From positions 960,001 to 1,024,000 of the forward strand of contig CBDBLO010000002.1 in the NCBI GenBank assembly GCA_965207075.1: 64,000 bases of DNA. The letters run 5' to 3'. The position numbers and the translations under genes were made by a program. Below, one piece after another: positions 37,804-47,356 of this stretch (the first letter of the stretch is position 1; each line of letters starts with the position of its first letter). This DNA comes from Nitrosopumilus sp. (GTDB lineage: Archaea > Thermoproteota > Nitrososphaeria > Nitrososphaerales > Nitrosopumilaceae). The notes beneath the pieces are model-generated. The model was not told where the DNA came from. It searched no databases and was given only the letters and a program-made list of their open reading frames with translations.

Positions 37804-40800
37804 ATGGCCCCTGACACCACCACCACCTCTACTCCTGCACCCGGAAAGAACGGCCCCGACTGGTGGCAGTCAGTCGAGTCCGCATGCCAGAAGGGATGGG
37901 CCGACTCCAAGGCGTTTGAGGCCGAACCCGACGACTCGCGTCCAAAAAAATTCGTCACGGTGGCGTACCCCTATCCGAACTCCCCGCAGCACATAGGCCA
38001 CGGCAGGACGTACACGCTTGCCGACGTGCACGCTCGCTTTTGGCGCCTGAGGGGATACAACGTGCTGTTCCCCATGGGATTCCACTATACGGGCACCCCC
38101 ATACTCGGAATGTCCCGGCGGGTGCAGGACGGGGACGCGGAGCTGATCGGAAACCTCCGCGACATCTACGGAGTGCCGGAGAGTGACATAGAGACGTTTG
38201 CAGACCCCCTTGCCATCGCGCGCTACTTTCACAACGAGATCAAGATGGGCATGAAGGAGATGGGTTACTCGATAGACTGGAGGCGCGAGTTTACCACCAT
38301 AGACCCGGCGTACTCCAAGTTTGTAGAGTGGCAGATCTCGACCCTCCGCAGGCTGGACCTGATAATACAGGGCTCGCATCCGGTCGGGTGGTGCCCAAAG
38401 GACCAGAACCCCGTCTCGCAGCACGACACGCTGGGCGACGTGGAGCCGGCGTTCACCGAATATGTCATGATAAAGTTTGCCGTGGGCGACTATACGGTGC
38501 CTGTCGCAACGCTGCGGCCGGAGACCATATTTGGCGTGACGAACCTGTGGGTCGACCCCGACACGCCGTACAGGAAGGTTGCAGTATCGAGGGACGGTGA
38601 TGGCGAAGATGACGGAGCAAAGGCGGAAAAGTGGGTTGTAAGCGCCGAGTGCGCGTACAAGCTGGGGTTCCTGGGATATGACGTACGTGACGAGGGAGAG
38701 ATTGCCGGTTCTGACCTGGTGGGGGAGATGGCATCGGAGCCGGTGCTGATGTCTCAGCAGCAGCAGCAGCAGCAACAACAGCAGCAGCAACCGCGCAGCA
38801 ACGGCCCGGGCCGCCGAATCCCCGTACTGCCGGCCAAATTCGTAGAGCCCGGCACGGGCACCGGGATTGTAATGTCCGTTCCCGCCCACGCGCCATACGA
38901 CTGGCAGGCGCTGCAAGACCTCCGGAACGGACGCGACGGTGACGGCCGTATCTCGCAAGGGTCTTCTGCCGCGGCGGCCTCCATCCTGCCAATCTCGATA
39001 ATCCGCACCGACGGGTACGGTGACGTCCCGGCAGCAGACGCCGTGTCTGCCATACCCGACTGCGAGGGACAGTCGGATCCCCGGCTGGAACCCGCCACCA
39101 AGGAACTGTACTCCAAGGAGTTCTACGAGGGCGTGATGAGCAGGGACGGCCCGACTGCCCAGTTCGGCGGCATGCCCGTCAGGGAGGCCAAGGACGCGGT
39201 GGGCGCGTGGCTTGCCGGCTCCGGATGCGCGGAGACGTTTCTGGAGATTGCCGACGCGCCCGTGCGGTGCAGGTGCGGCTCTGAGTGCGTGGTCAAGGTC
39301 CTAAACGACCAGTGGTTCCTCAACTACGGCAGCCCCAAATGGAAGGAGGCCGCCCACGAATGCCTCGACGGGATGGACATACTGCCTGACGAAATACGGC
39401 AGGAGTTCGCGCACGTGGTGGACTGGCTCCACGAGCGCGCATGCGCAAGGCAGCACGGGCTCGGCACAAAGCTGCCGTGGGACGACAGCTGGATTGTAGA
39501 GAGCCTGTCCGACTCGGTGATATACATGGCGTACTATACAATATCCCGGTTCGTCAACGACGGGACGGTAACCCCCGAGCAGATGACGCCCGAGTTCTTT
39601 GAGTACGTGATGGCGGGCCGGGGGCGGAACACCGGCGATGCCGGCGGCGCGGGCCCCCGGTTTGGTGCCGACCATGACGAAAATCTGGATGCCGCAGTGG
39701 CAAAGTGGCGCTCAGAGTCGGGAATCCCGGACGACGCGCTCGAGGTGATGCGCCGGGAGTTCGAGTATTTCTATCCCGTCGACTACCGGCACTCGGGCCG
39801 GGACCTGGTGCCGAACCACCTGACGTTCTTTGTGCTGAACCACGTGGCAATATTTTCCCAGAAGATGTGGCCCCGGGGAATAGTGGTGAACGGTTCCGTT
39901 CTCATGGACGGCTCCAAAATGTCAAAGAGCATGGGGAACATAATACCGCTCCGCAGGGCCATACGCGAGTTTGGGGCCGACCCCATACGGCTTGCCATAA
40001 TAATATCGGCAGAACTGCTGCAGGACGCGGACTTTAACATGGAGTCGGTGCACGGGATGCGCTCCAAGCTTGAGGCAATGCATGCAGAGTGCGCCAGGCT
40101 GGGAGGAAGAGGGGGAGAAGGAGGAGGAAGAGACTCGACAGACTCCGGTGACGCGGACTCCCTGAACACATCCTCTGGCAGCGGCGGCGCGGCCGACTCC
40201 GGAGGTGCCTCGGACACCCATCAAAGCGCCGCCTCGTCCCCCGAGGACGCATGGCTGCTGTCTAGGATACGGCAGATCATCTCGTCTGTAAGCGAGTCGA
40301 TGGAAAAGATGCGACTCCGCGAGGCGCTACACCTAGTGCTGTTTGAGGCCGAGTCCGTGCTGCAGTGGCATGCCAGGAGAGCCGCTGCAAAGCGCCGCCC
40401 GGAATCCGATACGCACGACATCCTGCACGCTGTAATGACTGCCCGGGTGACCATGTTGCAACCGTTTGCACCCCACGTGACGGAGTCGATGCGGGCGGCG
40501 CTCGGCTATTCGCATGAGGATCGGGCCATGGCCAGATGGCCCGTACGTTCCGGCCTTGGGCCGTCCGACCACATTGCGCTGCAGGCCGAGTCCCTGCTGA
40601 AATCCGTGCTCGATGACATCGCAAGCATCCTAAAGGTGACAAAGATGACCCCGTCCAGAATCATCCTGTACGTGTCAGGCGACAGTAGCCCAAGGCGCGC
40701 CATATACCAGAGCGTGCTGCAGTCGGTACTCGGAGGGCAGTCGTCCATGAAGCAGGTCATGGGCGAACTGATGTCTGGATCCTGCGCCGCATACGCCAAA

Positions 40801-41193
40801 AAGATGCCGGATTATGTGCAAAAGGCCATAACCGACGTACTATCAGATCCCGTCATAATAAGGGAGGCGCGGTTGACCGCATTGAGCGTCTACCCGGAGA
40901 CACGCTTTGCATTCTCGGCCGAGGACACAACACGAGAGGCGCGGTTGACCGCATCTAGCCCCACTGGTGACGATGACGATGATGATATTACTACAAGCGG
41001 TCCCGATTATATCGCGGGCCGAAAATCCTCCTTTTCGGAATCCAACTTCCTTGCATCCGAACTGCCCGGGATTGCCTCTGCCTCGTTTGAGGCCAAGGTG
41101 GACGTGTACCTGGCAGACGGCCCTGATCTTTACGACCCAAAGTCCAAGGCGCGCCACGCACGCCCGTTCAAGCCTGCCATATTCATCGAGTGA
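37804..41193 (+). CDS. leuS: Leucine--tRNA ligase (archaeal type)
   Basis: YPYPNSPQHIGH, TLRPET, GTGIVMSVPAHAP, KMSKS. Confidence 0.97.
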   Translation: MAPDTTTTSTPAPGKNGPDWWQSVESACQKGWADSKAFEAEPDDSRPKKFVTVAYPYPNSPQHIGHGRTYTLADVHARFWRLRGYNVLFPMGFHYTGTPILGMSRRVQDGDAELIGNLRDIYGVPESDIETFADPLAIARYFHNEIKMGMKEMGYSIDWRREFTTIDPAYSKFVEWQISTLRRLDLIIQGSHPVGWCPKDQNPVSQHDTLGDVEPAFTEYVMIKFAVGDYTVPVATLRPETIFGVTNLWVDPDTPYRKVAVSRDGDGEDDGAKAEKWVVSAECAYKLGFLGYDVRDEGEIAGSDLVGEMASEPVLMSQQQQQQQQQQQQPRSNGPGRRIPVLPAKFVEPGTGTGIVMSVPAHAPYDWQALQDLRNGRDGDGRISQGSSAAAASILPISIIRTDGYGDVPAADAVSAIPDCEGQSDPRLEPATKELYSKEFYEGVMSRDGPTAQFGGMPVREAKDAVGAWLAGSGCAETFLEIADAPVRCRCGSECVVKVLNDQWFLNYGSPKWKEAAHECLDGMDILPDEIRQEFAHVVDWLHERACARQHGLGTKLPWDDSWIVESLSDSVIYMAYYTISRFVNDGTVTPEQMTPEFFEYVMAGRGRNTGDAGGAGPRFGADHDENLDAAVAKWRSESGIPDDALEVMRREFEYFYPVDYRHSGRDLVPNHLTFFVLNHVAIFSQKMWPRGIVVNGSVLMDGSKMSKSMGNIIPLRRAIREFGADPIRLAIIISAELLQDADFNMESVHGMRSKLEAMHAECARLGGRGGEGGGRDSTDSGDADSLNTSSGSGGAADSGGASDTHQSAASSPEDAWLLSRIRQIISSVSESMEKMRLREALHLVLFEAESVLQWHARRAAAKRRPESDTHDILHAVMTARVTMLQPFAPHVTESMRAALGYSHEDRAMARWPVRSGLGPSDHIALQAESLLKSVLDDIASILKVTKMTPSRIILYVSGDSSPRRAIYQSVLQSVLGGQSSMKQVMGELMSGSCAAYAKKMPDYVQKAITDVLSDPVIIREARLTALSVYPETRFAFSAEDTTREARLTASSPTGDDDDDDITTSGPDYIAGRKSSFSESNFLASELPGIASASFEAKVDVYLADGPDLYDPKSKARHARPFKPAIFIE

Positions 41194-41244
41194 CGGCCGG
41201 CCCCCGGGGAAAATCATAATATCCTGCCAGTCCCATGTCCTGCC

Positions 41245-41763
41245 ATGGCAAAAAGGCGCCAGATTCTCGTAATAGGGCACAATACAAACGGCTGCACCCC
41301 GCGGCACGAGGATGCCGCCTACGAGGTGGGTGCGGCAATCGCCAACTCGAACTCCGTGCTGATTACCGGCGGGCTGGGGGGCGTGATGGAGGCCGCATCG
41401 CGGGGCGCAAGCGAGGCGGGCGGACTGTCGGTGGGAATACTGCCGCAGGACGACGCGTCGTTTGCAAACCCCTACTGCGACGTGGTGATCCCCACCGGGA
41501 TGGGACTGACGCGTGACTTTCTAAACGCGCTCAGCGCCGACGGCATAATCGTCGTAGGCGGGGGCTCCGGCACCCTGTCCGAGGTGTGCGCCGCGTACAT
41601 GCACAAAAAGCCGATGGTCGCCATAAGGGGCATGGGCGGCTCAGTCGCCCCGTACGTGGACGGCTATGTGGATCATAGGAAAAACGTCATGATCGAGGGC
41701 GCCGACACGCCCCGGGAGGCCGTGTCTGCAATCCTGCGGATGATTGAATCCGCCTCCGGTTGA
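41245..41763 (+). CDS. LOG/SLOG family protein (TIGR00725-like)
   Basis: TGGLGGVMEA, GILP, GGGSGTLSE. Confidence 0.88.
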   Translation: MAKRRQILVIGHNTNGCTPRHEDAAYEVGAAIANSNSVLITGGLGGVMEAASRGASEAGGLSVGILPQDDASFANPYCDVVIPTGMGLTRDFLNALSADGIIVVGGGSGTLSEVCAAYMHKKPMVAIRGMGGSVAPYVDGYVDHRKNVMIEGADTPREAVSAILRMIESASG

Positions 41764-41865
41764 TGCACTGATGCCGGCCACTCGCAAGATGACAAACGGG
41801 CGCCATGAGAAGAAAGGGCGGGGTGCTGTGATGGCTAGGGGAATAACGGTGAACTGTACCAGCGT

Positions 41866-43002
41866 CTACTTTTCTGCCAGCAGCGGGTCGGGCCTGTAAA
41901 ACTCGCCGTACTCGGACGCAAGCGCCTCCAGCTCTGATGCTATCTTGCCCAATCCGATGTCCCTTGCGGTCTCAAAGAGCGGCTTTTTGAGGCCCAGCCC
42001 CAGGACGGCCGCCCTCTCTATCTCCGACTCGTCGCTTGCCCCGTTTGTGATCAGCCATGCCGCGTTGTTGACTATGTTGGCCGCAAGGTGCGTATAGTCG
42101 CATTTGTCTGCCAGCTCTTCGGACAGCTGCACCCTCTCGTACTTGTCATCCGAGTACTTGTAGAACCCCTCGCCTGACTTTTGGCCCAGGTTGCCGGCAT
42201 CAAACAGCTCCGCTATTCGCGGGTGCGGCCTGATCACCTTTTTGTCACGCAGGTGCATCTCCGCAGTGGCCTTGTGTATGACGTCCATGCCGGTAAAGTC
42301 CGCGAGCTCGAATATCCCCATGGGAAAGCCCATCCTGAACTTTACCGCCGAGTCCACCTCCTCCTTGGTGGCCCCGGTGCGGTCCATCACGTAGCAGGCC
42401 TCGTGCACCATCGGTATGAACAGCCTGTTTATTATGAACCCGGGCACGTCCCTCCTGCACGTCACCGCCTCCTTTCCGAGGGACTTTACGAGGTCCTTGG
42501 TCATGCGTACGACGTCCTGCGAGGTGGACTCCCCCGGTATGATCTCCACCAGTTTCATGAGCTGGGGCGGATTGAAAAAGTGCACCCCAATGAACCTGTC
42601 CGGCCTCGAGGTGGCTCCAGCAATCTCGGTAATTGGAAGCGTGCTCGTGTTTGACGCGAACACCACGTCCGGAGCCGCCGCCCGGTCCAGCTCGGCGTAC
42701 ACCTTTTTCTTCAGGTCCATTATCTCCGGCACCACCTCTATGACCATCTGCGTCTCACTCACCGCCTCTTCTAGGTCGACTATCGGGCTTATCCTTGCAA
42801 GCGCGGCGTCCGCCTCCTCCCGGGTCATCTTTCCCTTTGAGGCCATCTTCTGCAGGCTCCACTCTATCTTTTCCATGGCCTTGTCAAGGAACTTCTGCTC
42901 TATGTCCCTGAGCGCGACGTCGTATCCGGCAGTCGCCGCCACCTGCGCGATGCCGTGCCCCATAACCCCCGAGCCCAGTATCGTGATCCTCCGGAGCGCC
43001 AT
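41866..43002 (-). CDS. 3-hydroxyacyl-CoA dehydrogenase (candidate (S)-3-hydroxybutyryl-CoA dehydrogenase of the HP/HB cycle)
   Basis: GSGVMGHGIA, SNTS, HFFNP, PGFIINR. Confidence 0.92.
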   Translation of the reverse strand: MALRRITILGSGVMGHGIAQVAATAGYDVALRDIEQKFLDKAMEKIEWSLQKMASKGKMTREEADAALARISPIVDLEEAVSETQMVIEVVPEIMDLKKKVYAELDRAAAPDVVFASNTSTLPITEIAGATSRPDRFIGVHFFNPPQLMKLVEIIPGESTSQDVVRMTKDLVKSLGKEAVTCRRDVPGFIINRLFIPMVHEACYVMDRTGATKEEVDSAVKFRMGFPMGIFELADFTGMDVIHKATAEMHLRDKKVIRPHPRIAELFDAGNLGQKSGEGFYKYSDDKYERVQLSEELADKCDYTHLAANIVNNAAWLITNGASDESEIERAAVLGLGLKKPLFETARDIGLGKIASELEALASEYGEFYRPDPLLAEK

Positions 43003-43055
43003 GTCCCCCTCTCCCCTGCGCATCCTTTATAATGTATCTCAGGGTTTTTTGACGT

Positions 43056-43229
43056 ATGGGGCTGTTCGGACGTCGTAACAAAGACGACGAGTCCAAGACA
43101 CGGTGCGACGTGTGCGGCACAGAACTCCACGCGCCGGAGCGACTCAAGCGCCACATGAAGAAGGCCCATGGCAACGTGCCTGAAAAGAAGATGGATCCAA
43201 ACTCGGACATCGGCGGCGGCATGTGGTAG
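43056..43229 (+). CDS. Small C2H2 zinc-finger protein
   Basis: Hand-translated 57 aa MGLFGRRNKDDESKTRCDVCGTELHAPERLKRHMKKAHG..GGGMW (C-x2-C-x12-H-x4-H); TTTATAA box upstream. Confidence 0.8.
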   Translation: MGLFGRRNKDDESKTRCDVCGTELHAPERLKRHMKKAHGNVPEKKMDPNSDIGGGMW

Positions 43230-43294
43230 TGGACGCCGCACTTGATTGTGGCGGGACGTCACGCGCCGGATCGTTCTTGGTAGCCGCGGCGCTC

Positions 43295-43651
43295 TCAGCG
43301 CATGAGCCACGTCCAGTATCTGGCAAAGATCGACGGCTTGCTGTGGAACTTTACTGTCGCCTTGCTGCCTTGCTCCTCGAGCCCCCGCTGAACGTGGTCC
43401 AGCAGGGCCCTCTCGTCCCTTGCCCTCTCGTCCCTTGCGTGCATGTACTGTACTGTATCCCTGACAAAATCCTCCCGCACGTGTACGCCAAAGAACCACC
43501 ATCCCATTGCAAGCTGCGCCTCTGCGTCAAGCCTGTATCCGCCCCCTTCGCAGTGGGCCGCCCCGCCGAGCTCGTCTAGCATTCTTCTGATTCGGGGGGC
43601 GTCTGCATCCAGGTCCCTTGTAGCCACCTCGAAGAGCCGGATCCATTGCAT
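43295..43651 (-). CDS. Conserved hypothetical protein
   Basis: 118-aa ORF with TATA-like box upstream. Confidence 0.7.
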   Translation of the reverse strand: MQWIRLFEVATRDLDADAPRIRRMLDELGGAAHCEGGGYRLDAEAQLAMGWWFFGVHVREDFVRDTVQYMHARDERARDERALLDHVQRGLEEQGSKATVKFHSKPSIFARYWTWLMR

Positions 43652-43760
43652 GTGTGGTGTGGGGGGACATGTGATTTAAGATATCCTTGCGCCTGCGCGC
43701 ACCCCATTGCGGTTTTTCAGTCTTGAAAATGACTTTATAGAGTGGGCGCACCGCACGCGC

Positions 43761-44180
43761 ATGGACTGCATATTCTGCCAGATACTGTCGGGCCAGATTC
43801 CCTCAAAGAGGCTCACCGAGTCCCGGCACTGCATCGCAATACTTGACGCATTTCCGCTTGCGGCCGGACACGCGCTTGTCATATCAAAAAAGCACAGTCC
43901 AAAGGTGCAGGATCTGGATCGGACGGAGATCTCCGATCTCTTTGCAACGGTGCAGGCGATGGCATCCAGAATCGAGTCCGCCATGTCGGCCGACGCGATG
44001 ATTACCGTACACAACGGGCCGGACGCGGGACAGGTGATACCCCACGTCCACGTCCACGTAATCCCGCGTACTGCCGGTGATCGCGCGGGACACATACCAG
44101 ACCTGTTCCATGGCAGCGCAACAGAGGCGCCCGGATACGACGCCGATGCGCTGCACGCCCTGTTAAAGGACAACGATTAG
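43761..44180 (+). CDS. hit: HIT family nucleotide hydrolase
   Basis: MDCIFCQI, GQVIPHVHVHVIPR. Confidence 0.93.
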   Translation: MDCIFCQILSGQIPSKRLTESRHCIAILDAFPLAAGHALVISKKHSPKVQDLDRTEISDLFATVQAMASRIESAMSADAMITVHNGPDAGQVIPHVHVHVIPRTAGDRAGHIPDLFHGSATEAPGYDADALHALLKDND

Positions 44181-44251
44181 CCACCCCCTGAGGCGTCCCC
44201 GACGCCATGGGATGCTGCGGCTGCGCTGCGCATAGGCACGGGCGTCTGGCG

Positions 44252-45004
44252 TCAGTGCGGAAACAGTCTCTCATGCGTGTCCACGTTCTCCACCCTTATG
44301 GCCTTTGTGGGACACGTCTCGGCCGCGTTCATTATCTTGTTTATGCCCGCTCCCCTGGGGTTGATTACAGACGACTTTGGGTTCATCATGCTCTGCTTGT
44401 TTATCTCAAATACGTCGGGGGCTATAATCTCGCAGCTGCAGCATCCTATGCAGAGGCTCTCGTCCACATCCACGGACAGGTTGGGCTGCCTGTTGGGCTC
44501 GGACGCTTTCTCGTATTCGCCGTTCCTGCCGCCGGCGTCCACCTTGGCGTTGTAGTCCTCCCAGAACTTTCTTTCATACTCTTTCCAAAAGTCGGGATCC
44601 TCGTCCTCGATGTGCTTGGTGAACTTGCTCCAGTCCTGCTCTGGGATCGTGCCGTCCTGCGGGCCTGCCCCCCACTGGGCCCTGTTTCTTTCTCCGGCAC
44701 CGCCCGGCTCCCCCCGATGCCGGTATTGGGAACCGGGTTCGGCACCGTTGCCGCTGCCCCTTCTCCCCCCCTTCATCGCCGCGTCGCTGTACTCTCCCGC
44801 GCCGTCGCCGGTCTTGGCGGCTGAAGTATGGCCGTCGCTTTTGAGATGGTTGTACGCCTCTGTTATTCTCTTAAACTCGCTCCCGTCCCCACTGTTGCGG
44901 TCCGGATGCAGCTCGAGCGCCATTCGGCGGTATGCGGCCCTGATCTCATCCTGTGTGGAGTCCTTGCTGACGTTGAGGGTGCGGAGGGCTTGGTAGGTGT
45001 TCAC
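44252..45004 (-). CDS. DnaJ-ferredoxin fusion protein
   Basis: J-domain HPD motif; C-terminal CIGCCSC..CP ferredoxin domain. Confidence 0.92.
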   Translation of the reverse strand: MNTYQALRTLNVSKDSTQDEIRAAYRRMALELHPDRNSGDGSEFKRITEAYNHLKSDGHTSAAKTGDGAGEYSDAAMKGGRRGSGNGAEPGSQYRHRGEPGGAGERNRAQWGAGPQDGTIPEQDWSKFTKHIEDEDPDFWKEYERKFWEDYNAKVDAGGRNGEYEKASEPNRQPNLSVDVDESLCIGCCSCEIIAPDVFEINKQSMMNPKSSVINPRGAGINKIMNAAETCPTKAIRVENVDTHERLFPH

Positions 45005-45321
45005 AGATGTTGTTGCTGCATACTGGGTTAAAAGCGATTACCCAGTAGGACATCTCGGCAAGCTGCAGTCTGGCTTGTCCTTGCGCTGCTATTACAAATC
45101 CTGCCGGTTTGGGGACGATCTTGATGGGCGCGGTCCGCGCCGCAAGGCGGCGCGTCGAATCCGACACTTCCCTAGTTCGGTTGTGCGCCCGCGGCTTGGC
45201 GCCCGCGTACATCCGGAAGAGCACCACGGGCCGGCTGGCCTGGGCATGGACGGGCAGATGAAATCCCATCCCAGTGCGCGCCGCCTGAAATCTATTTAAC
45301 GTACGTGGACGGTCACGAGCT

Positions 45322-46032
45322 ATGGCCGAAAGCTATGCCTCGTCCACTGATGTTATAGTGCTGCGCCCCATGATGGACGAGGCGGCGGCAAGGGCGCTCA
45401 TCGAACGCAAAAAGCAGTCGCTGTTTGGATCCCTCTTGTCGCAACCAAAGGCGGGCGCGGTGCGTCTGCAGAAGATCCAGCTGTCATACGAATGCCTGCG
45501 GACGGTATCCGGCAGGTACGAGGCCGACTACATGCGCAACGCCACCTACACCATCACCGTGGACAAGTCCGTGAGGCGCGTGGTGGTGGGCGAGACTTCA
45601 TTTGGCCTGCGGCGGCAGTCGCGCCTCAAGAAGGCACTCTCGCCGCGGCGTGGGAAGAACAAGATCGACCTAGACCTCCAGGAGCACGTGGCATTCGACT
45701 CGTCCCTTGAGATTACGTTTGATACGGCCGGAAACGAGATCAAAATGCCAAAGTACAAGGTGTCGCCGGAGACCACCGAGGCGCGCCCCGAGTCCATCAT
45801 AAACGACGAGGCCCTTGCAAAGAAGCCGTCCCTCGAGCGCGAGGACGCCGTCTCAATACTGGAGGGGCGACTCAAGTCCCCCCTCGAGCCTGACATTGAG
45901 GACCTGTCTGAGCAGTTCGACCTTGGCTCCATAGTGGAGACGTACGTGCCCATATTCGAGGCCCGCGTGCGGGGGCCTGACAACAAGGCGGCAATCATCC
46001 GCATTGATGCGGCGCGCAAAAAGATCATCTGA
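45322..46032 (+). CDS. Conserved hypothetical protein
   Basis: 236-aa ORF with TATTTAA box about 25 nt upstream. Confidence 0.75.
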   Translation: MAESYASSTDVIVLRPMMDEAAARALIERKKQSLFGSLLSQPKAGAVRLQKIQLSYECLRTVSGRYEADYMRNATYTITVDKSVRRVVVGETSFGLRRQSRLKKALSPRRGKNKIDLDLQEHVAFDSSLEITFDTAGNEIKMPKYKVSPETTEARPESIINDEALAKKPSLEREDAVSILEGRLKSPLEPDIEDLSEQFDLGSIVETYVPIFEARVRGPDNKAAIIRIDAARKKII

Positions 46033-46340
46033 TGCCGCGAAAATTCCGCGAGCGTCAAAGCCACTGGTTACTGATGGCGGTGGCGTTGACGACGGTGGCG
46101 GCGGCGGCAATAACCCTAATGACGGCTGCATGGTGATTGTGGCGGCAATGGCCGCGACGGCAATGCGCAAACTTGCACGCGGCCTGGAAAGGCGCTGACC
46201 TGACGCAGGCCGCCGTCACCGCCGCGCACACCCGGTGCGGCCGCATCCGGGTGCGCCTGGGGCTGCGCCGCCCTCTCCTTTGTGGGCGGCACCGGCCAAC
46301 ACCATCACTGTATTTATTGGGATGCCGCCGATTTGCATCA

Positions 46341-47354
46341 TTGAAGATTGCGGTAATGGGCATGGGGGTGGCAGGCTCCTACCTGATGGCGCGCCTGGCC
46401 GGCACCGGCCACGACGTGGCCGGGTACGAGATGATGCCCGAGGAGCGCCACGACTCCATATGCGCCTGGGGGACCATAAGGCCCGTCCTTGAGGAGTTCT
46501 GCTCAAAGGTGGGCGTGGACTTTGGCAGGTTCCTGATACACGACGGCAGGCAGATGAGCGTGCGCATGAACAACGGCGTCGGGTTCGACATCGGGCTGCA
46601 CGGCCTGTGCACCTACAACAAGCTGGGGCTCATAAAGGAGTTCATAAAGGACGCGGACGTCACGTACGGCAAGCCCCCCGCCCTCGGGGATCTGGAGTCC
46701 GAATATGACGTGATCGTGGACTGCACGGGCTTCCACAGGGCCTACCTGCCAAAGCTCGAGAAGGACTTCTTCCTGCCCACGTACGAGTACAAGGTCGAGT
46801 ACGAGGGGGGCGTCCCGTATGACGACTTTTACATCGAGCCGTTCCCCGGCATGTCCGGCTACTTTTGGTACTTTCCGCTCGGCGAAAAATGGGCCCACGT
46901 CGGGGCGGGCGACTACAACAAGAACCACGTAAAGGCCACGGACGCCTTTCTGAAAAAGCACGGGGGCAAGATACTGCAGACAAAGGGCAGGCCCATCAGG
47001 CTTGCCACCCCCAACAAGTGCAAGCCGTTTTACAGCGGCAAGGTGGTCGGCGTGGGCGAGTCGATCGGGACCGTATACGCCCTGCTCGGCGAGGGGATCA
47101 TACCGTCGATGCAGTGCGCCGAGATATTCCTGGAGAACATTGGGGACTTTGCCGCGTACGAGAGGGCCGTCGACGAGCACTACAAGGTATACTCCAAGGT
47201 GTTCAACTTTGTGCACTCAAAGATACGCAAGGACTTTAGCCTTGTGAGGTCGCTGCCGGACTTTATCTCCATATTCAGGTACATGAAAAAGCACGAGGAC
47301 AGGTTCGGGATGGACATACGCATGGCGGACCTGATAAAGGTCGCCAAGGCCTGA
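46341..47354 (+). CDS. NAD(P)/FAD-dependent oxidoreductase, geranylgeranyl reductase family
   Basis: KIAVMGMGVAG, CAWG, GYFWYFP, VGESIG..LLGEGI; TTG start. Confidence 0.85.
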   Translation: MKIAVMGMGVAGSYLMARLAGTGHDVAGYEMMPEERHDSICAWGTIRPVLEEFCSKVGVDFGRFLIHDGRQMSVRMNNGVGFDIGLHGLCTYNKLGLIKEFIKDADVTYGKPPALGDLESEYDVIVDCTGFHRAYLPKLEKDFFLPTYEYKVEYEGGVPYDDFYIEPFPGMSGYFWYFPLGEKWAHVGAGDYNKNHVKATDAFLKKHGGKILQTKGRPIRLATPNKCKPFYSGKVVGVGESIGTVYALLGEGIIPSMQCAEIFLENIGDFAAYERAVDEHYKVYSKVFNFVHSKIRKDFSLVRSLPDFISIFRYMKKHEDRFGMDIRMADLIKVAKA

Positions 47355-47356
47355 CC

